Assembly: GCA_965207375.1 (NCBI GenBank)
Contig: OZ242274.1
Span: 1,792,001 to 1,856,000, forward strand
Source: Nitrosopumilaceae archaeon
GTDB lineage: Archaea; Thermoproteota; Nitrososphaeria; Nitrososphaerales; Nitrosopumilaceae
DNA: 64,000 nt
Reading direction: 5' to 3'
Below, in pieces: positions 10,561 through 21,427 of this stretch (position 1 is the first letter of the stretch; each line of letters opens with the position of its first letter). The notes below the pieces were generated by a model that had not been told where the DNA came from, did not search any database, and worked only from the letters and a program-made list of their open reading frames with translations. Made by a program: the position numbers and the translations under genes.

Positions 10561-12378
10561 ATGTCTAGTCCAGAAAGATCAGTGGAATACGTCCTTTCAA
10601 AGCCCGTATCTAATTACATGGACAAGGAGGTACTACTTCTAGACAAGAGGACATCTACTCGCTCTGCAACAAGAATATTGCAAAATTATGAGCGCGACGA
10701 TATTATTGTAACTGACAAAAAATCCCCGATTGGGATTGTAACTGATGAGGACATTTTGACAAAGGTGGGGGACGCAAGTGTGACAGCAGAGCAGACAAAG
10801 CTAAAAGATATCATGTCAACGCCACTAATTACGGTTGAAGAAAAGACCACCCTACAAGAGGCATTGCACATAATGCGGGATCATAATATAAGAAAACTAC
10901 CCGTACTCTCAAAGAAAAAACAGGTTGTAGGAATGATTCTGCAGGCAAGAATTGCAAGCATAATCAGAAATGCAAGCGTGGTCCCGCCAAGACTTCTGAG
11001 TCCTCCAGTCAAGGCAATACTTGGGAATTTAGGATTTGTGTTACAGTTTGCAGGAGTTTTGTTGCTAGTTCCTGCAATTGTTGCCACAATCATACTAAAT
11101 GATCCGCAGACTGCCACCGGAATATACTCTACAACGGTCCTGTTGTTAGTTACAGGCTTTTTTTTGAACTCGTATGGTGAAAAAGCTAGTCTGAACATGC
11201 GACAGGCCTCAATTCTGGTATTTGCAAGTCTGTTTATTTTGACGCTGTTTGGGACCATACCGTACATGTATACTGCACATATTGCAGGAGAAACTAGTGC
11301 AGAGTCGTTTGCAAGCAGCTTTTTTTCAAGTGCGGCAGGATTTACAACAGGAGGCATCTCGCTGTACGATACACCAGAGGACCTGCCACAAAGCTTTACG
11401 TTTTATCGCAGTTTCACGCAGCTTGTAGGCGGAATGAGTTTTATCTATCTTGTAATGACTGCATTTTATCCAGAAGGAAAGCTACAATCGATGAGGGGCT
11501 TTATTTCAGGCAAGACACTCCACATGAGGGAGCTTTTTGGAACAATTACCGTTATTTTTACTCTGTATATTGCAATTGTGGCAGTGCTGTTGTGGATATT
11601 TGGTGAAGAAGACATTATAGATAATTTGTCGCTTGCAATGAGTACGCTTGCAACGGGTGGATTTTTGCCGCATTCTGAGATTTTACAGGGCCTAGTCTGG
11701 CAGGAGCACCTGATTCTGATGGCTGCAATGATTCTAGGGGCGCTGCCATTTACCTTCCACTATGGGTTTGTAAGGAAAAAGTTTCTCTCACCAAAGCTTG
11801 GGAAGGAGGTGTTAGTGTACTTTGGAGTTTTGGGAGGTGGCATAATGCTGTTTAGTGCACTGACAGAGTTTGAGCCTGTACTGTCTGCGTTTTATCCTGT
11901 ATCAGCTAGCACTACTGCAGGACTACAGCTAAGTAGTCTAAGCGGGTTAAACGGTGCAGCACACACGGTACTGATAATACTGATGATTATTGGAGGATGT
12001 GGATTCTCCACTGCAGGCGGAATCAAGATTTACAGATTCTTTTACTTGAGAAACTTTAGACAGATGCTTTATGCCAAGACAAGAAACAATCTAGTCTCTA
12101 GCAACAAAAAGGAGATAATGTCTACTGTTATCATTTTGGCCTCATTTCCGTTTATTGCGCTAGTTACGGCAGGACATTTATCTGCCACCCACGATGCAAG
12201 CTTTCAGGATTCGTTTTTTGAGGCAGTAGGTGTAATTACTACAGGCGGGTTGTCTGCAGGAATAATCACGCCTGATACGGATCCGGCAACAAAGCTTGCA
12301 CTGAGCTTTCTCATGATTATAGGACGGCTAGAGATAATTGCAATTATTTACATATTTGTGCCCAAGCTTAGCACATAG
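10561..12378 (+). CDS. trkH: CBS-domain / TrkH-type potassium transporter fusion
   Basis: Tandem CBS (GIVTDEDIL, IMSTPLITV); pore loops FTTGG, LATGG, STTAG, ITTGG; STAGGIK and IGRLE. Confidence 0.9.
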   Translation: MSSPERSVEYVLSKPVSNYMDKEVLLLDKRTSTRSATRILQNYERDDIIVTDKKSPIGIVTDEDILTKVGDASVTAEQTKLKDIMSTPLITVEEKTTLQEALHIMRDHNIRKLPVLSKKKQVVGMILQARIASIIRNASVVPPRLLSPPVKAILGNLGFVLQFAGVLLLVPAIVATIILNDPQTATGIYSTTVLLLVTGFFLNSYGEKASLNMRQASILVFASLFILTLFGTIPYMYTAHIAGETSAESFASSFFSSAAGFTTGGISLYDTPEDLPQSFTFYRSFTQLVGGMSFIYLVMTAFYPEGKLQSMRGFISGKTLHMRELFGTITVIFTLYIAIVAVLLWIFGEEDIIDNLSLAMSTLATGGFLPHSEILQGLVWQEHLILMAAMILGALPFTFHYGFVRKKFLSPKLGKEVLVYFGVLGGGIMLFSALTEFEPVLSAFYPVSASTTAGLQLSSLSGLNGAAHTVLIILMIIGGCGFSTAGGIKIYRFFYLRNFRQMLYAKTRNNLVSSNKKEIMSTVIILASFPFIALVTAGHLSATHDASFQDSFFEAVGVITTGGLSAGIITPDTDPATKLALSFLMIIGRLEIIAIIYIFVPKLST

Positions 12379-12414
12379 GATACAATTTAATTCAGTGTGA
12401 GGTTTTTCTGATAG

Positions 12415-13230
12415 ATGGCAGGTATAGAATCTAGGGGACGGTCACTAATCATTACAGGATTTGTCAGCATTTTGGCACTTTTTGTGATTTATTCAAGGTT
12501 TCAGGATTCGGAGCTGCTCACACCTGAGGCAATAGATACACTGCTACGGCTTGCAAATATGTTTTATGTTCTGTTGTTGTTAGCATTTGGTGCAATAGCT
12601 TATGGCATGTACATATATCACAGACAAAAGGTCATACAAAACAAGGCAGATCTATCAAGCATAATTGCAATTGCAACATGGAATCGCAAAAGCAAAAAGA
12701 TTTTTATCATTACATGTATCACATATGGAATATTTTTTTCAATGTCATCTGGAACGCTTGTATATCAGCCAGAGGTCTCGTTTTCTTATCATTACGGGGC
12801 ACAGATTCCGTCAGGATTTATTGCGCCATGTTGTGACAATCCAGGATACATGCCTGCAATCTTTGTGTATCTCACAGATCATGTGGGGCTACAGATAATT
12901 CCAATAAATTTGGTACTACAAATTGTCGTATCATATCTGGTGGGATTAAACATGGCACTTGCAGTAACAGTTATTTCAATTTCTAAAAAGGGCAGAAGTC
13001 TAGGTACGGCAGGGGCAGTAACGGGTCTGTTTATTGCATGTCCCACCTGTGCAGGCACATTTTTGTCCCTGTTTATTGGAACCGCTAGCAGCATTGCAGC
13101 AGTTACAGTCATTTCACAGCTACAGACGGTATTTATCGCAATTACAATTCCCATACTTTTAACGACACCGTTTATCATAGCAAAAAAGCTGCGCAATGCA
13201 GACGGCAACTGCAAAATAGGTCCAGGCTAA
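12415..13230 (+). CDS. Multi-pass membrane protein with PCC and CPTC motifs
   Basis: Several TM segments; possible metal/redox Cys motifs. Confidence 0.8.
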   Translation: MAGIESRGRSLIITGFVSILALFVIYSRFQDSELLTPEAIDTLLRLANMFYVLLLLAFGAIAYGMYIYHRQKVIQNKADLSSIIAIATWNRKSKKIFIITCITYGIFFSMSSGTLVYQPEVSFSYHYGAQIPSGFIAPCCDNPGYMPAIFVYLTDHVGLQIIPINLVLQIVVSYLVGLNMALAVTVISISKKGRSLGTAGAVTGLFIACPTCAGTFLSLFIGTASSIAAVTVISQLQTVFIAITIPILLTTPFIIAKKLRNADGNCKIGPG

Positions 13231-13287
13231 GGCGTGACTGTGAAAATATCATTAAAACAAAGCTGGCCATAACACTTTGACTTTTTT

Positions 13288-13388
13288 GTATCTGTTAACA
13301 TTGTTTTGAAATTATGATAATTTTAGCTACGAAATTACTTTGCCGTCAAAAAATAGAATAAAAATTCAAACGTGACGTTAACACTTAC
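13288..13388. mobile_element. 101-bp MITE (family A) with IS66-like ends
   Basis: Ends GTATCTGTTAAC...GTTAACACTTAC; 8-bp duplication ACTTTTTT on both sides; homologous to 39216-39316. Confidence 0.9.
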
Positions 13389-13711
13389 ACTTTTTTTAAA
13401 GTTGTGTGCGTAAAAAACGCCAAACTCTTGATTTTTACATTTGATTCAGGAATGGCACCTTATAAAATCGATCAGTTGCGATTTGTGGTGTTTTAGAATC
13501 ATTTTTTGTGATTTTGAGGTTAAAACAATCTTTGAGGTCTCTGAAGTGTAGTAAATGATGTAATTTTCATCAAAGAAATATCTACGATTTTGTCAAAATT
13601 CTATAAAAGTGGACAGTGTTGTTCTAATATGAGAGCGATAATTCCCCAAATGGCACATCTGACACGTTTTGCTTAGTTGCAAGTCGACATGTCACAAAAA
13701 ATGTCATACTA

Positions 13712-14020
13712 TCATGGTGTTTTAGAATATACCTTGTAATCAGAAGGCGGTAATTCTTTTAGTAATTTTATTGCCTCAGACACATCTCCATCAGCTTGCA
13801 GATAGCCGTACATTGCCTTATCGATTGTAACATTAGCTGACTTGCTAATAATTTCCAGAGTATCTTGTGATGGGTTTAATGATGGCAGCTTGATGATGTA
13901 GGATTCCTGTCCACCATACCACGATGTCCATTTACCATTACCCTGTTGTTGAAATATCATTATTGCAAATAATGCTAACAATGTAATCGATATCATGGAG
14001 AAAATTATGATTTTTTTCAT
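13712..14020 (-). CDS. Small secreted or membrane-anchored hypothetical protein
   Basis: MKKIIIFSMISITLLALFAIMIF N-terminal hydrophobic segment. Confidence 0.7.
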   Translation of the reverse strand: MKKIIIFSMISITLLALFAIMIFQQQGNGKWTSWYGGQESYIIKLPSLNPSQDTLEIISKSANVTIDKAMYGYLQADGDVSEAIKLLKELPPSDYKVYSKTP

Positions 14021-14735
14021 TGCAAGTCATAAAAAAATAGGAATGTTAGGTAGCTACCCTTAATGTATGGTATATCGTGTTTCCCGCGCCAGATTCTGCA
14101 GAAGAAATACATGGACTCCAATGATACGTCTTGCCGGAATAGAAATTGAAAGTATTTGGATCATAACAACTCCAAAGCCAAGAGTTGCAAATATTTTTTG
14201 TCATCATGAATTAAAATGAATTTTGATTATATCAGTTTATGTTATAACCCTGCCTAGAATTTTTCAAAATTTACAATTTTCAGGTCAGATTCCATCTGGG
14301 AGAAATCAATTTGATGATATAATAGACAAAGTTTGACCTTTCAGATCCAAATAGTAGGATTGCCTACTCATCTCAGATTGCACATAAGAGATGAGCAAAC
14401 AATCCTGATACAATACCAAACAAGGAGGTATAAAATCTTCGGCAACTCCTTGTACATGATTTACAGGAGGTCAAAATATTGACAGAGCAAGTTTTGAGTA
14501 AACCAAAGCAAAAATCCCACCTAAAGATGACCAATGCACAAAATGATGCAAGATATTTAGTTGGACGCTCTATATTTTCCAAAAAAAGCCCATGTTATGA
14601 CGATGAATTCAAAAGCAACAAAAAGAAAAATGATCACACCTACAAATATGAAGACAATAATACCGGCACTTGCAGCAATGATTGAATTTTGTGGATTGTC
14701 ATACTGCGTCTAGTGCCAAGCATTACAACAAACAG

Positions 14736-15038
14736 TCAGGATTTGAATTTTTCTAATTGGGGCAAAATGATTCTATCAAACACCAAATCATCACTTAACC
14801 AGATGCATTTTATTCCATTAGCTTGACAGGCTTTGCCTGGTTCCTTGTCTTTTGTAATGAAAACCATATCGTTTTGTTTAGCATACAGCAAAATGTTAAA
14901 GTCATTGGCAAATTTTTCATTTGTGGTCCGTAATTTTTTAACACTTTGGGCATCATAGCCCAAATTTTGCAGTTTAAGATCTAAACCATCACTTGTTTCA
15001 TCTACTAGAATCTTAATTTCAGCGCCCAATGCAATCAC
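14736..15038 (-). CDS. PIN-like (DUF5615/Mut7-C) protein
   Basis: ILVDE...LGYDA...DFNILLYA...FITKDK. Confidence 0.85.
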   Translation of the reverse strand: MIALGAEIKILVDETSDGLDLKLQNLGYDAQSVKKLRTTNEKFANDFNILLYAKQNDMVFITKDKEPGKACQANGIKCIWLSDDLVFDRIILPQLEKFKS

Positions 15039-15391
15039 AGCTGCAATGTAAGCTTTTTAACTTTTGTAATTATGGAGAGTTTGTCCTCTACAAGCATTTC
15101 AGGCTCCATTGTAAAGTATACAGTGTACTTTTTTGGATAAATGACAATCTGAGTAAGTTTTTCGCGTTCCACATGGACATATCTTACCTGTCCCAAACTG
15201 TTGTCAAATATTTTTCTCATCTTTCTTCGTTTTGCAACCTGCTTGCAAAAGTGCTCCTCCTCCTTTTGGGATTTCAAAGAATGTTTTTCTGCCTTCATTA
15301 TGGCCTCTGCAACATTTCCTTTAGAGTCTATAATTGCTGCAAATCTCATTTGTGAGTCTAATCCTATTATGTCTTCAACAATTTTTATCAT
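15035..15391 (-). CDS. Roadblock-like (DUF6659-type) protein
   Basis: MRFAAIIDSKG...FDNSLGQVRY...REK; paralog of 24770 and 25449; start placed at MIKIVED. Confidence 0.8.
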   Translation of the reverse strand: MIKIVEDIIGLDSQMRFAAIIDSKGNVAEAIMKAEKHSLKSQKEEEHFCKQVAKRRKMRKIFDNSLGQVRYVHVEREKLTQIVIYPKKYTVYFTMEPEMLVEDKLSIITKVKKLTLQL

Positions 15392-15492
15392 GTTAATTTC
15401 AGAATTACTCAATCTAATGAAAATAGGTAAAAGGTAAATATAATTGAAGGACATGTGCTGTGCATGTATAATTGTGATGTAGAATCTAGGTT

Positions 15493-16107
15493 TTGAGGAC
15501 ATTGAATGTGCAAATCAACAAAGTTTTAGAAAGGCTGGAAAAACAGTCAGAGCTGGAAAAATCCCGAAAGGTTGACGTAGAACCAAAAGACAGGATGTTG
15601 GCTATAACAAAGGATACTGGGCAGTTTTATAATATCTGGCTTGGTGCCTCACAGGCAAAACATGTTTTAGAGATAGGAACATCTACAGGATATTCGACGT
15701 TGTGGTTTGCAGATGCTATACTAGAGAATATGGGAGAAATTATCACCATAGAAAAAAACCCCTCAAAGATCAAAAGAGCAAAACAAAATTTTGAAGATGC
15801 AAAAGTTTCAGAGATAATCACGACAATACATGGAACTGCCACAGAGGTTTTAAAGGAACTAAATCAGACAGGTGCAAAATTTGACTTTGTATTCATAGAC
15901 GCAGATAAAGAAAACTGTAAAAAATATTTTGATCTGGCATTTCCAATGTTAAATGACAGGGGAGCAATTTGCACAGATAACATGAACTATCCAGAAAAAT
16001 ATCAAGATATGATGAGAGAATTTAGCAGTCACATCAAAAAATATCCAAATGCCAAAACCGTGACGTTAAATATCGGAAACGGTCAAGAGTTGACCCTAAA
16101 AACTTGA
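15493..16107 (+). CDS. SAM-dependent O-methyltransferase
   Basis: VLEIGTSTGYSTLW and FDFVFIDADK. Confidence 0.92.
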   Translation: MRTLNVQINKVLERLEKQSELEKSRKVDVEPKDRMLAITKDTGQFYNIWLGASQAKHVLEIGTSTGYSTLWFADAILENMGEIITIEKNPSKIKRAKQNFEDAKVSEIITTIHGTATEVLKELNQTGAKFDFVFIDADKENCKKYFDLAFPMLNDRGAICTDNMNYPEKYQDMMREFSSHIKKYPNAKTVTLNIGNGQELTLKT

Positions 16108-16311
16108 TTTGTTTTTAGGGGTCTTTGTAGCATCTAGTTTTTTTAGCATTGCACAAGTTCTTGCAGAAAAAGACCATATGCACAATTTACCAGTCTCATA
16201 AAATCACATAATTTAAGGCAGGTCATAAAATTGCCAAAGCAAAACCTACAAAACCATGACAGAGACTTTGTAAATCTACATCTCACAGATTGCAAAAAAA
16301 ATCATATCATA

Positions 16312-16503
16312 TCACTCTGCAATAAAAAAATCACATCCAGAGGTACACGGCTTGTTCATGACTCCAGTACAGGCACCATACTCATCGTGCATGATCCTGT
16401 GATGTCCGCATTCTTTGCACTTTGTCTTAAAGTATACAATCAAATCAGAGATTGAAACATCAAGTGATTTTACCTTGGAATCTAACTGCTCAAAGGAATC
16501 CAT
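16312..16503 (-). CDS. Small Cys/His-rich protein, putative Zn-binding
   Basis: CKECGHHRIMH...C...C...C; directly downstream of EF-2. Confidence 0.7.
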   Translation of the reverse strand: MDSFEQLDSKVKSLDVSISDLIVYFKTKCKECGHHRIMHDEYGACTGVMNKPCTSGCDFFIAE

Positions 16504-16529
16504 AAAAATATCGACACGATATACGTTAT

Positions 16530-18722
16530 TTACTCTTTGTCGATAAACTCGCCTGCATTTGGCGGATTAGGTGCTAGTCCCTTTCGTTTTCTAATATCTG
16601 CCACGGCTGACTCTAGCATTGACTTTGGAACCTCGGTCCATTCCTTAAATGAGGTATTCCAGGTGGCACGACCAGCAGTCTGGCCCCTCATCTCTTCGGA
16701 CAAGGTAAAGGTCTCAGATGCAGGAATCTCCCCCGTAACGATGCTTGATGCGCCCTTTTGTGACATGTCAAGTACCTTGCCCCGCTTTCCAGAAAGAACC
16801 GTTGCAACATTTCCCACCAAATCAGTTGGAACCCTGACCTCAATTGCTAATGTCGGCTCTAGAACCGCAGTTCCTGCAGTAAGCAATGCACCCATACAGG
16901 CACGACGGGAGGCGGGACCTAGTTGTGAAAGACCCCGGTGTGCAGTATCCTCATGTGGAACAAAGTGGGTAAAGATGAATTTGCAGTCTCGCATCTGTTC
17001 CTTGCACAATGGACCCTCCTTCATCACATCATCAAAGCCGGAATTAATAGAATCTGTAGACTCTTGAACAAACTGTACACCCTTTGTGCCGTTAATCAAG
17101 ACATTTCCGCGTGAATCAAATCTCATAGCCCTCTTTATAGTATCAGTATCCCATCCAGCATTTTTGAGCATATCAGATACGACCTTTTTGTCCTTCATGT
17201 CACTGATTTCACCGGTTCTAAGCATGTGGGCAATTTCAGGCTCCAAGGGTTCTACCTTCATGAATATCTTGTTGTGCCTGTTTGGCGACTTTGACATTAT
17301 CGGCTCACACGATGCCTTTACGGTTTCTCTATAATTTATCAAGGGCTCAGATGTTACAATTTCGACCTTGGCATCTTGAATGCGGTGGGTTGCAACATCT
17401 AGGTGCAGCACTCCCATGCCTGCAACTATAGTCTCACCTGATTCTTCATCGATTTTTACTATTAAATTAGGATCCTCAATGGTTAGCTGCTTTAAGACCT
17501 CAACTAGTTTGGGCAAATCCTTTGGATGTTTTGGCTCTACTGCAATTTGAACAACAGGCTCTGAGACATACTTTACACCCTCAAACATCGGAATGCCCTT
17601 TACAGTAGACAGTGTGTTTCCAGCCCTAGCTTCGGTCAATCCTAGCAGTGCGGGAATGTTTCCTGCTCCTAGTTCTCCTACCTGCTCCCTCTGATTTCCC
17701 ATGAAAAAGTTTACAGACTGGATTCTTCCCTCCCGCTTGGCATCGATAATGTTGATGGTTTGCCCATCTTTTATGGAGCCAGAAAACAGTCTTCCTATTG
17801 CAACGGGACCTGCAGCCTTGTCTAGTACCATGTTTACAATCATCATTATTGTAGGTCCCTCATCGCTACATGCAAGTAGAGCTTTTCCAATGTCTGAATC
17901 TAAATCACCCTTCCAAATTTGCGGAATTCTGTACTTTACTGCCTCGTGCGGTGCAGGATGATGTTTTACTACCATACCAAGTACGGCATCAGCCAAGGGT
18001 GCCTTTTCTACCAAATCAGCAACGGTTTCGTTCTGATAGGCATCAATTACATCCTTGAAGGTGATTCCTCGCTCCTTCATCAAATCGAGGTTGATTGCCC
18101 ATCTGTCCTTAGCAGAGCCAAATGTTACGCTTGCATCCTGAATGGATACCTTCCATTTTTCCCGGTATTCAGATTCTGCATAAGTGTCAATTAATTGATT
18201 AAAGTTAGAAACCACATCTGCTAGCTGCTGCTGCATTTTTTCAGGAGTCAGTCTAAGTTCCTTTATCAGTCTGTCTACCTTGTTGATAAACAGTACAGGT
18301 TTTACCCTCTCCTCTAGTGCCATTCTAGTTACAGTTTCGGTTTGCGTCATGATTCCCTCAACTGCATCGCAGACAACTACTGCACCATCAATTGCCCGAA
18401 GGCTTCGAATTACCCGTCCGCTAAAGTCTACGTGTCCCGGAGTGTCAATCATGTTGATGACGTATTCCTTGTCAGCCTTTGTAAAGTGTAAAGTAACATT
18501 TGCCTGATAAATTGTAATTCCTCTTTCCTGCTCCTCCTTGTCAAAGTCCATTGCTAGTGCGCTACCTGCAGCAGAGGGGGCAATGATACCAGAATATGCT
18601 AAAAGACTGTCACTCATAGTAGTCTTTCCATGGTCAACGTGCGCAATAACGCCAAAGTTGCGGATTTGTTCCTTGTTCTTTATAATCTTTAAAACCTCAG
18701 TGGTTGACTTGTACTTTACCAT
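16530..18722 (-). CDS. fusA: Elongation factor EF-2
   Basis: AHVDHGKTT, RGITI, DTPGH, NKVD; diphthamide loop HEDTAHRG. Confidence 0.99.
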   Translation of the reverse strand: MVKYKSTTEVLKIIKNKEQIRNFGVIAHVDHGKTTMSDSLLAYSGIIAPSAAGSALAMDFDKEEQERGITIYQANVTLHFTKADKEYVINMIDTPGHVDFSGRVIRSLRAIDGAVVVCDAVEGIMTQTETVTRMALEERVKPVLFINKVDRLIKELRLTPEKMQQQLADVVSNFNQLIDTYAESEYREKWKVSIQDASVTFGSAKDRWAINLDLMKERGITFKDVIDAYQNETVADLVEKAPLADAVLGMVVKHHPAPHEAVKYRIPQIWKGDLDSDIGKALLACSDEGPTIMMIVNMVLDKAAGPVAIGRLFSGSIKDGQTINIIDAKREGRIQSVNFFMGNQREQVGELGAGNIPALLGLTEARAGNTLSTVKGIPMFEGVKYVSEPVVQIAVEPKHPKDLPKLVEVLKQLTIEDPNLIVKIDEESGETIVAGMGVLHLDVATHRIQDAKVEIVTSEPLINYRETVKASCEPIMSKSPNRHNKIFMKVEPLEPEIAHMLRTGEISDMKDKKVVSDMLKNAGWDTDTIKRAMRFDSRGNVLINGTKGVQFVQESTDSINSGFDDVMKEGPLCKEQMRDCKFIFTHFVPHEDTAHRGLSQLGPASRRACMGALLTAGTAVLEPTLAIEVRVPTDLVGNVATVLSGKRGKVLDMSQKGASSIVTGEIPASETFTLSEEMRGQTAGRATWNTSFKEWTEVPKSMLESAVADIRKRKGLAPNPPNAGEFIDKE

Positions 18723-19257
18723 ATTCGCAAGCCTAAGCGTTCATCTATTAAACCTTATGAAAAAAAAGGATCAAAAACACTAGACTTTACAGTCTTGTAC
18801 TGTACCCGATTAAAAAGACATCAATAGATCATCTCTGAGCTTGCACCCCTGATTTTTGTAGTAGTTACAAAATAACAGTCCTCAAGTTTCCTAAATTTTG
18901 CCTGATGTAAAGTTAGAAATTGAGAAAAAAATACAAGGTAAAGAAGTTGAGAGATTTTATCAGAGTATAGATTTGGCGGGATTACGTTTAGACCTAATTT
19001 TTTGAGGGTTTGTATCAGAGAGTTGATTCGTAATTAGTCAAATTTTCCAAAATTTACGCCCAATAATATCAAAAAGAGCCAAACATCATCAGAATTTTAC
19101 TACAACTCAGGATATCCTATGAAAAACGGGTAAAAAACAGGATCAGAGAGCATGACTGATGCGAGGTATTCGGATAGCAGCAGACGCGCATGAAAAATTA
19201 TTACGGATTACCTCTAAATATTATTTATTTGTGAGACATTAAATGATTAGGTTTTCT

Positions 19258-19446
19258 TTAAATGTTTGATGTGATTGTGTTCTGTTCAGTTTTCTGTTTG
19301 TCAAGGTGTGCCTTTATGTCTTTCTTTATCTCATCTCGAAGATCCTCATACTTGAATATGCCTAATGTGAGTCCTTGTAATATGTTGTCAAGTGTAAGCC
19401 ACTCATTTTTCAAATGTGGTGGGCCAAATGTATTGTGGTACTTCAT
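19258..19446 (-). CDS. Small hypothetical protein (62 aa)
   Basis: ATGA overlap with the stop of the IS-disrupted upstream gene. Confidence 0.5.
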   Translation of the reverse strand: MKYHNTFGPPHLKNEWLTLDNILQGLTLGIFKYEDLRDEIKKDIKAHLDKQKTEQNTITSNI

Positions 19447-19523
19447 ATGTATTCTATATTTCCATCACTATTTATCTTTAATACGGATTTCTGTGTGTAA
19501 TGTTGTTTCAGTTCGATTATTTT

Positions 19524-21051
19524 GTAAGTGTTTACGTCATGCCTAGATTTTGACCATTTACGATCAAATTTTTGGCAACATGATCTAAATGAGGTCAAAT
19601 AGCCAAACCATACATTGACAGATTTCAAAAAACTCTACAAAGCCGAACGAACTAAGAATCTAAAACTCGAACAGATGATGGAGTTGAAAGATGCTATTAT
19701 ACAAAAAAAAGATGACAACGAAAAAAAACTAAAAGATCTAGTAAAGGAGCTAGAAAACGACATACACAATTTGAAAACTATTGCCAAGGATCTTAATAAA
19801 AAACTCCAATTTTATGATAACGCACATACTCCACCATCACGCAAGATGCCAGAAAAAAAGAAAACTGAGAATAAAAACAAGGATAAAAACAAGAAAACAA
19901 CAGGTGAGCGAGGAGCACCAAAGGGACACAAAGGTGCAACAAGCAAGCCAAAACCTACAAAATTCAAACAACACACGCCAGCAAAATGTCCAGAGTGTGG
20001 CTCAAAAGATCTTAAAATTATCAAAACACAGATACGTGACATTACAGAGGTACCACCACAGGTACAACCTGAAACAACACGTCATCATGTAGATTTGTGT
20101 TCATGTAAAAGCTGTGGCAAAAAAGACATAATCCCAGAGACTGATTTTCCTACCAAAGGCAATTATGGTAACAATATAGTAACACAGGCAGTAGCAAATT
20201 ATATCGACAGATTACCCCACCGCAGAAACGCAGAAGCATTGACCTTGAGGGGAATCAAAATATCTCCAGCTTCTGCACACAACATAATAACTATGGTTGG
20301 TGCGTGCCTAACGGCACCCACAAAACAACTCCTAAAGGCAATCAGGGCTGCAGTCCTGTTACACATAGATGAGACATCAATACACCTAAACGGCAAAAAC
20401 GTATGGGCGTGGGTATTTTACATTCCAGGTACAAATACTGCACTGTATGTGGTACGACCTAGCAGGGGAAGAGACGTACTCGAAGAGATACTGGGAGATG
20501 ACTGGAAGGGAACAATCATCTGTGACGGACACAAACCGTACATGGTATATGATATCCAGAGATGCTGGGCTCACATCATGCGTGAGATGCACCACGAGAC
20601 ACAAAAATGTGGATGTAAAAAATGTCTGGGTGCACTAGAGGCTCTCAAAAAAATCTATGAGGATGCAAAAGATACCATAACTGCACGTATCTCGTATAAA
20701 CGGCGCAAAAAAATACGGCGCAATCTGTATCGTCGTGTAAAGAGGATTATTGATACATACACTCCATTGCACAATCTCAAAAGATTCATGGGAAAGCTGG
20801 GACGAGCCCTGCCAAACCTGTTCAGGTTTGTACTGGATCCTACCATACCTCCTACCAACAATGCAGCAGAACGTGCACTGCGTGAGATTGTCGTACACAG
20901 AAAAATACGAGGTGGAATCAGATCTGAGAAAAGCATGGAGACATTGGGCAATCTGTTTTCATGTGTGATGACGTGGAGAAATGCTGGATTAAATTATCTA
21001 GAAGAGATGGTAAAATACCTCTAGAGACGTAAAAACCACGTTAACACTTAC
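19524..21051 (+). mobile_element. IS66-family element (single ORF, ISBst12-like), copy 1, 1528 bp
   Basis: Ends GTAAGTGTTTACG / CGTTAACACTTAC; duplication ATTATTTT. Confidence 0.96.
19615..21024 (+). CDS. IS66 transposase (TnpC-like)
   Basis: Coiled coil, NAHTPPS, CPECG, HIDETS, ICDG, QRCWAH, TNNAAERALR. Confidence 0.96.
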   Translation: MTDFKKLYKAERTKNLKLEQMMELKDAIIQKKDDNEKKLKDLVKELENDIHNLKTIAKDLNKKLQFYDNAHTPPSRKMPEKKKTENKNKDKNKKTTGERGAPKGHKGATSKPKPTKFKQHTPAKCPECGSKDLKIIKTQIRDITEVPPQVQPETTRHHVDLCSCKSCGKKDIIPETDFPTKGNYGNNIVTQAVANYIDRLPHRRNAEALTLRGIKISPASAHNIITMVGACLTAPTKQLLKAIRAAVLLHIDETSIHLNGKNVWAWVFYIPGTNTALYVVRPSRGRDVLEEILGDDWKGTIICDGHKPYMVYDIQRCWAHIMREMHHETQKCGCKKCLGALEALKKIYEDAKDTITARISYKRRKKIRRNLYRRVKRIIDTYTPLHNLKRFMGKLGRALPNLFRFVLDPTIPPTNNAAERALREIVVHRKIRGGIRSEKSMETLGNLFSCVMTWRNAGLNYLEEMVKYL

Positions 21052-21427
21052 ATTATTTTAGATTCTTTTATACCATGATTTATCGGATATGATACATCAA
21101 CAAATTCCAAATTTTCCACATCAAACCATCTGCCAAAAAATGACAGGATATTCATGCCGAGAATTTTGTTGTACGCATACTCTGTTTCATCATCGGGTAA
21201 ACCAACATGATTAGTAATTGCTACAACATACAGCGGATCTATTCCGTTCGAGTATCGTGTGTGCATATCCATAGCATGATCTTTGGTGCTCGCATTGAAC
21301 CCTTCGCATACAACAGGATCAAACGTATATGATTTCATGTTTGTAGTGTGCATGAACTTGATGTATCTGTTTACAGCTTCATAATATGGGATATTTTTTG
21401 CGTCTTTGTATGATTTTGACAAATTTA

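Noticed and set aside
18790-19250. Long intergenic tract upstream of fusA (also 13400-13700, 14250-14700, 5125-5460)
   Set aside because: Looks like decayed DNA; no recognisable protein, RNA or repeat could be supported by eye
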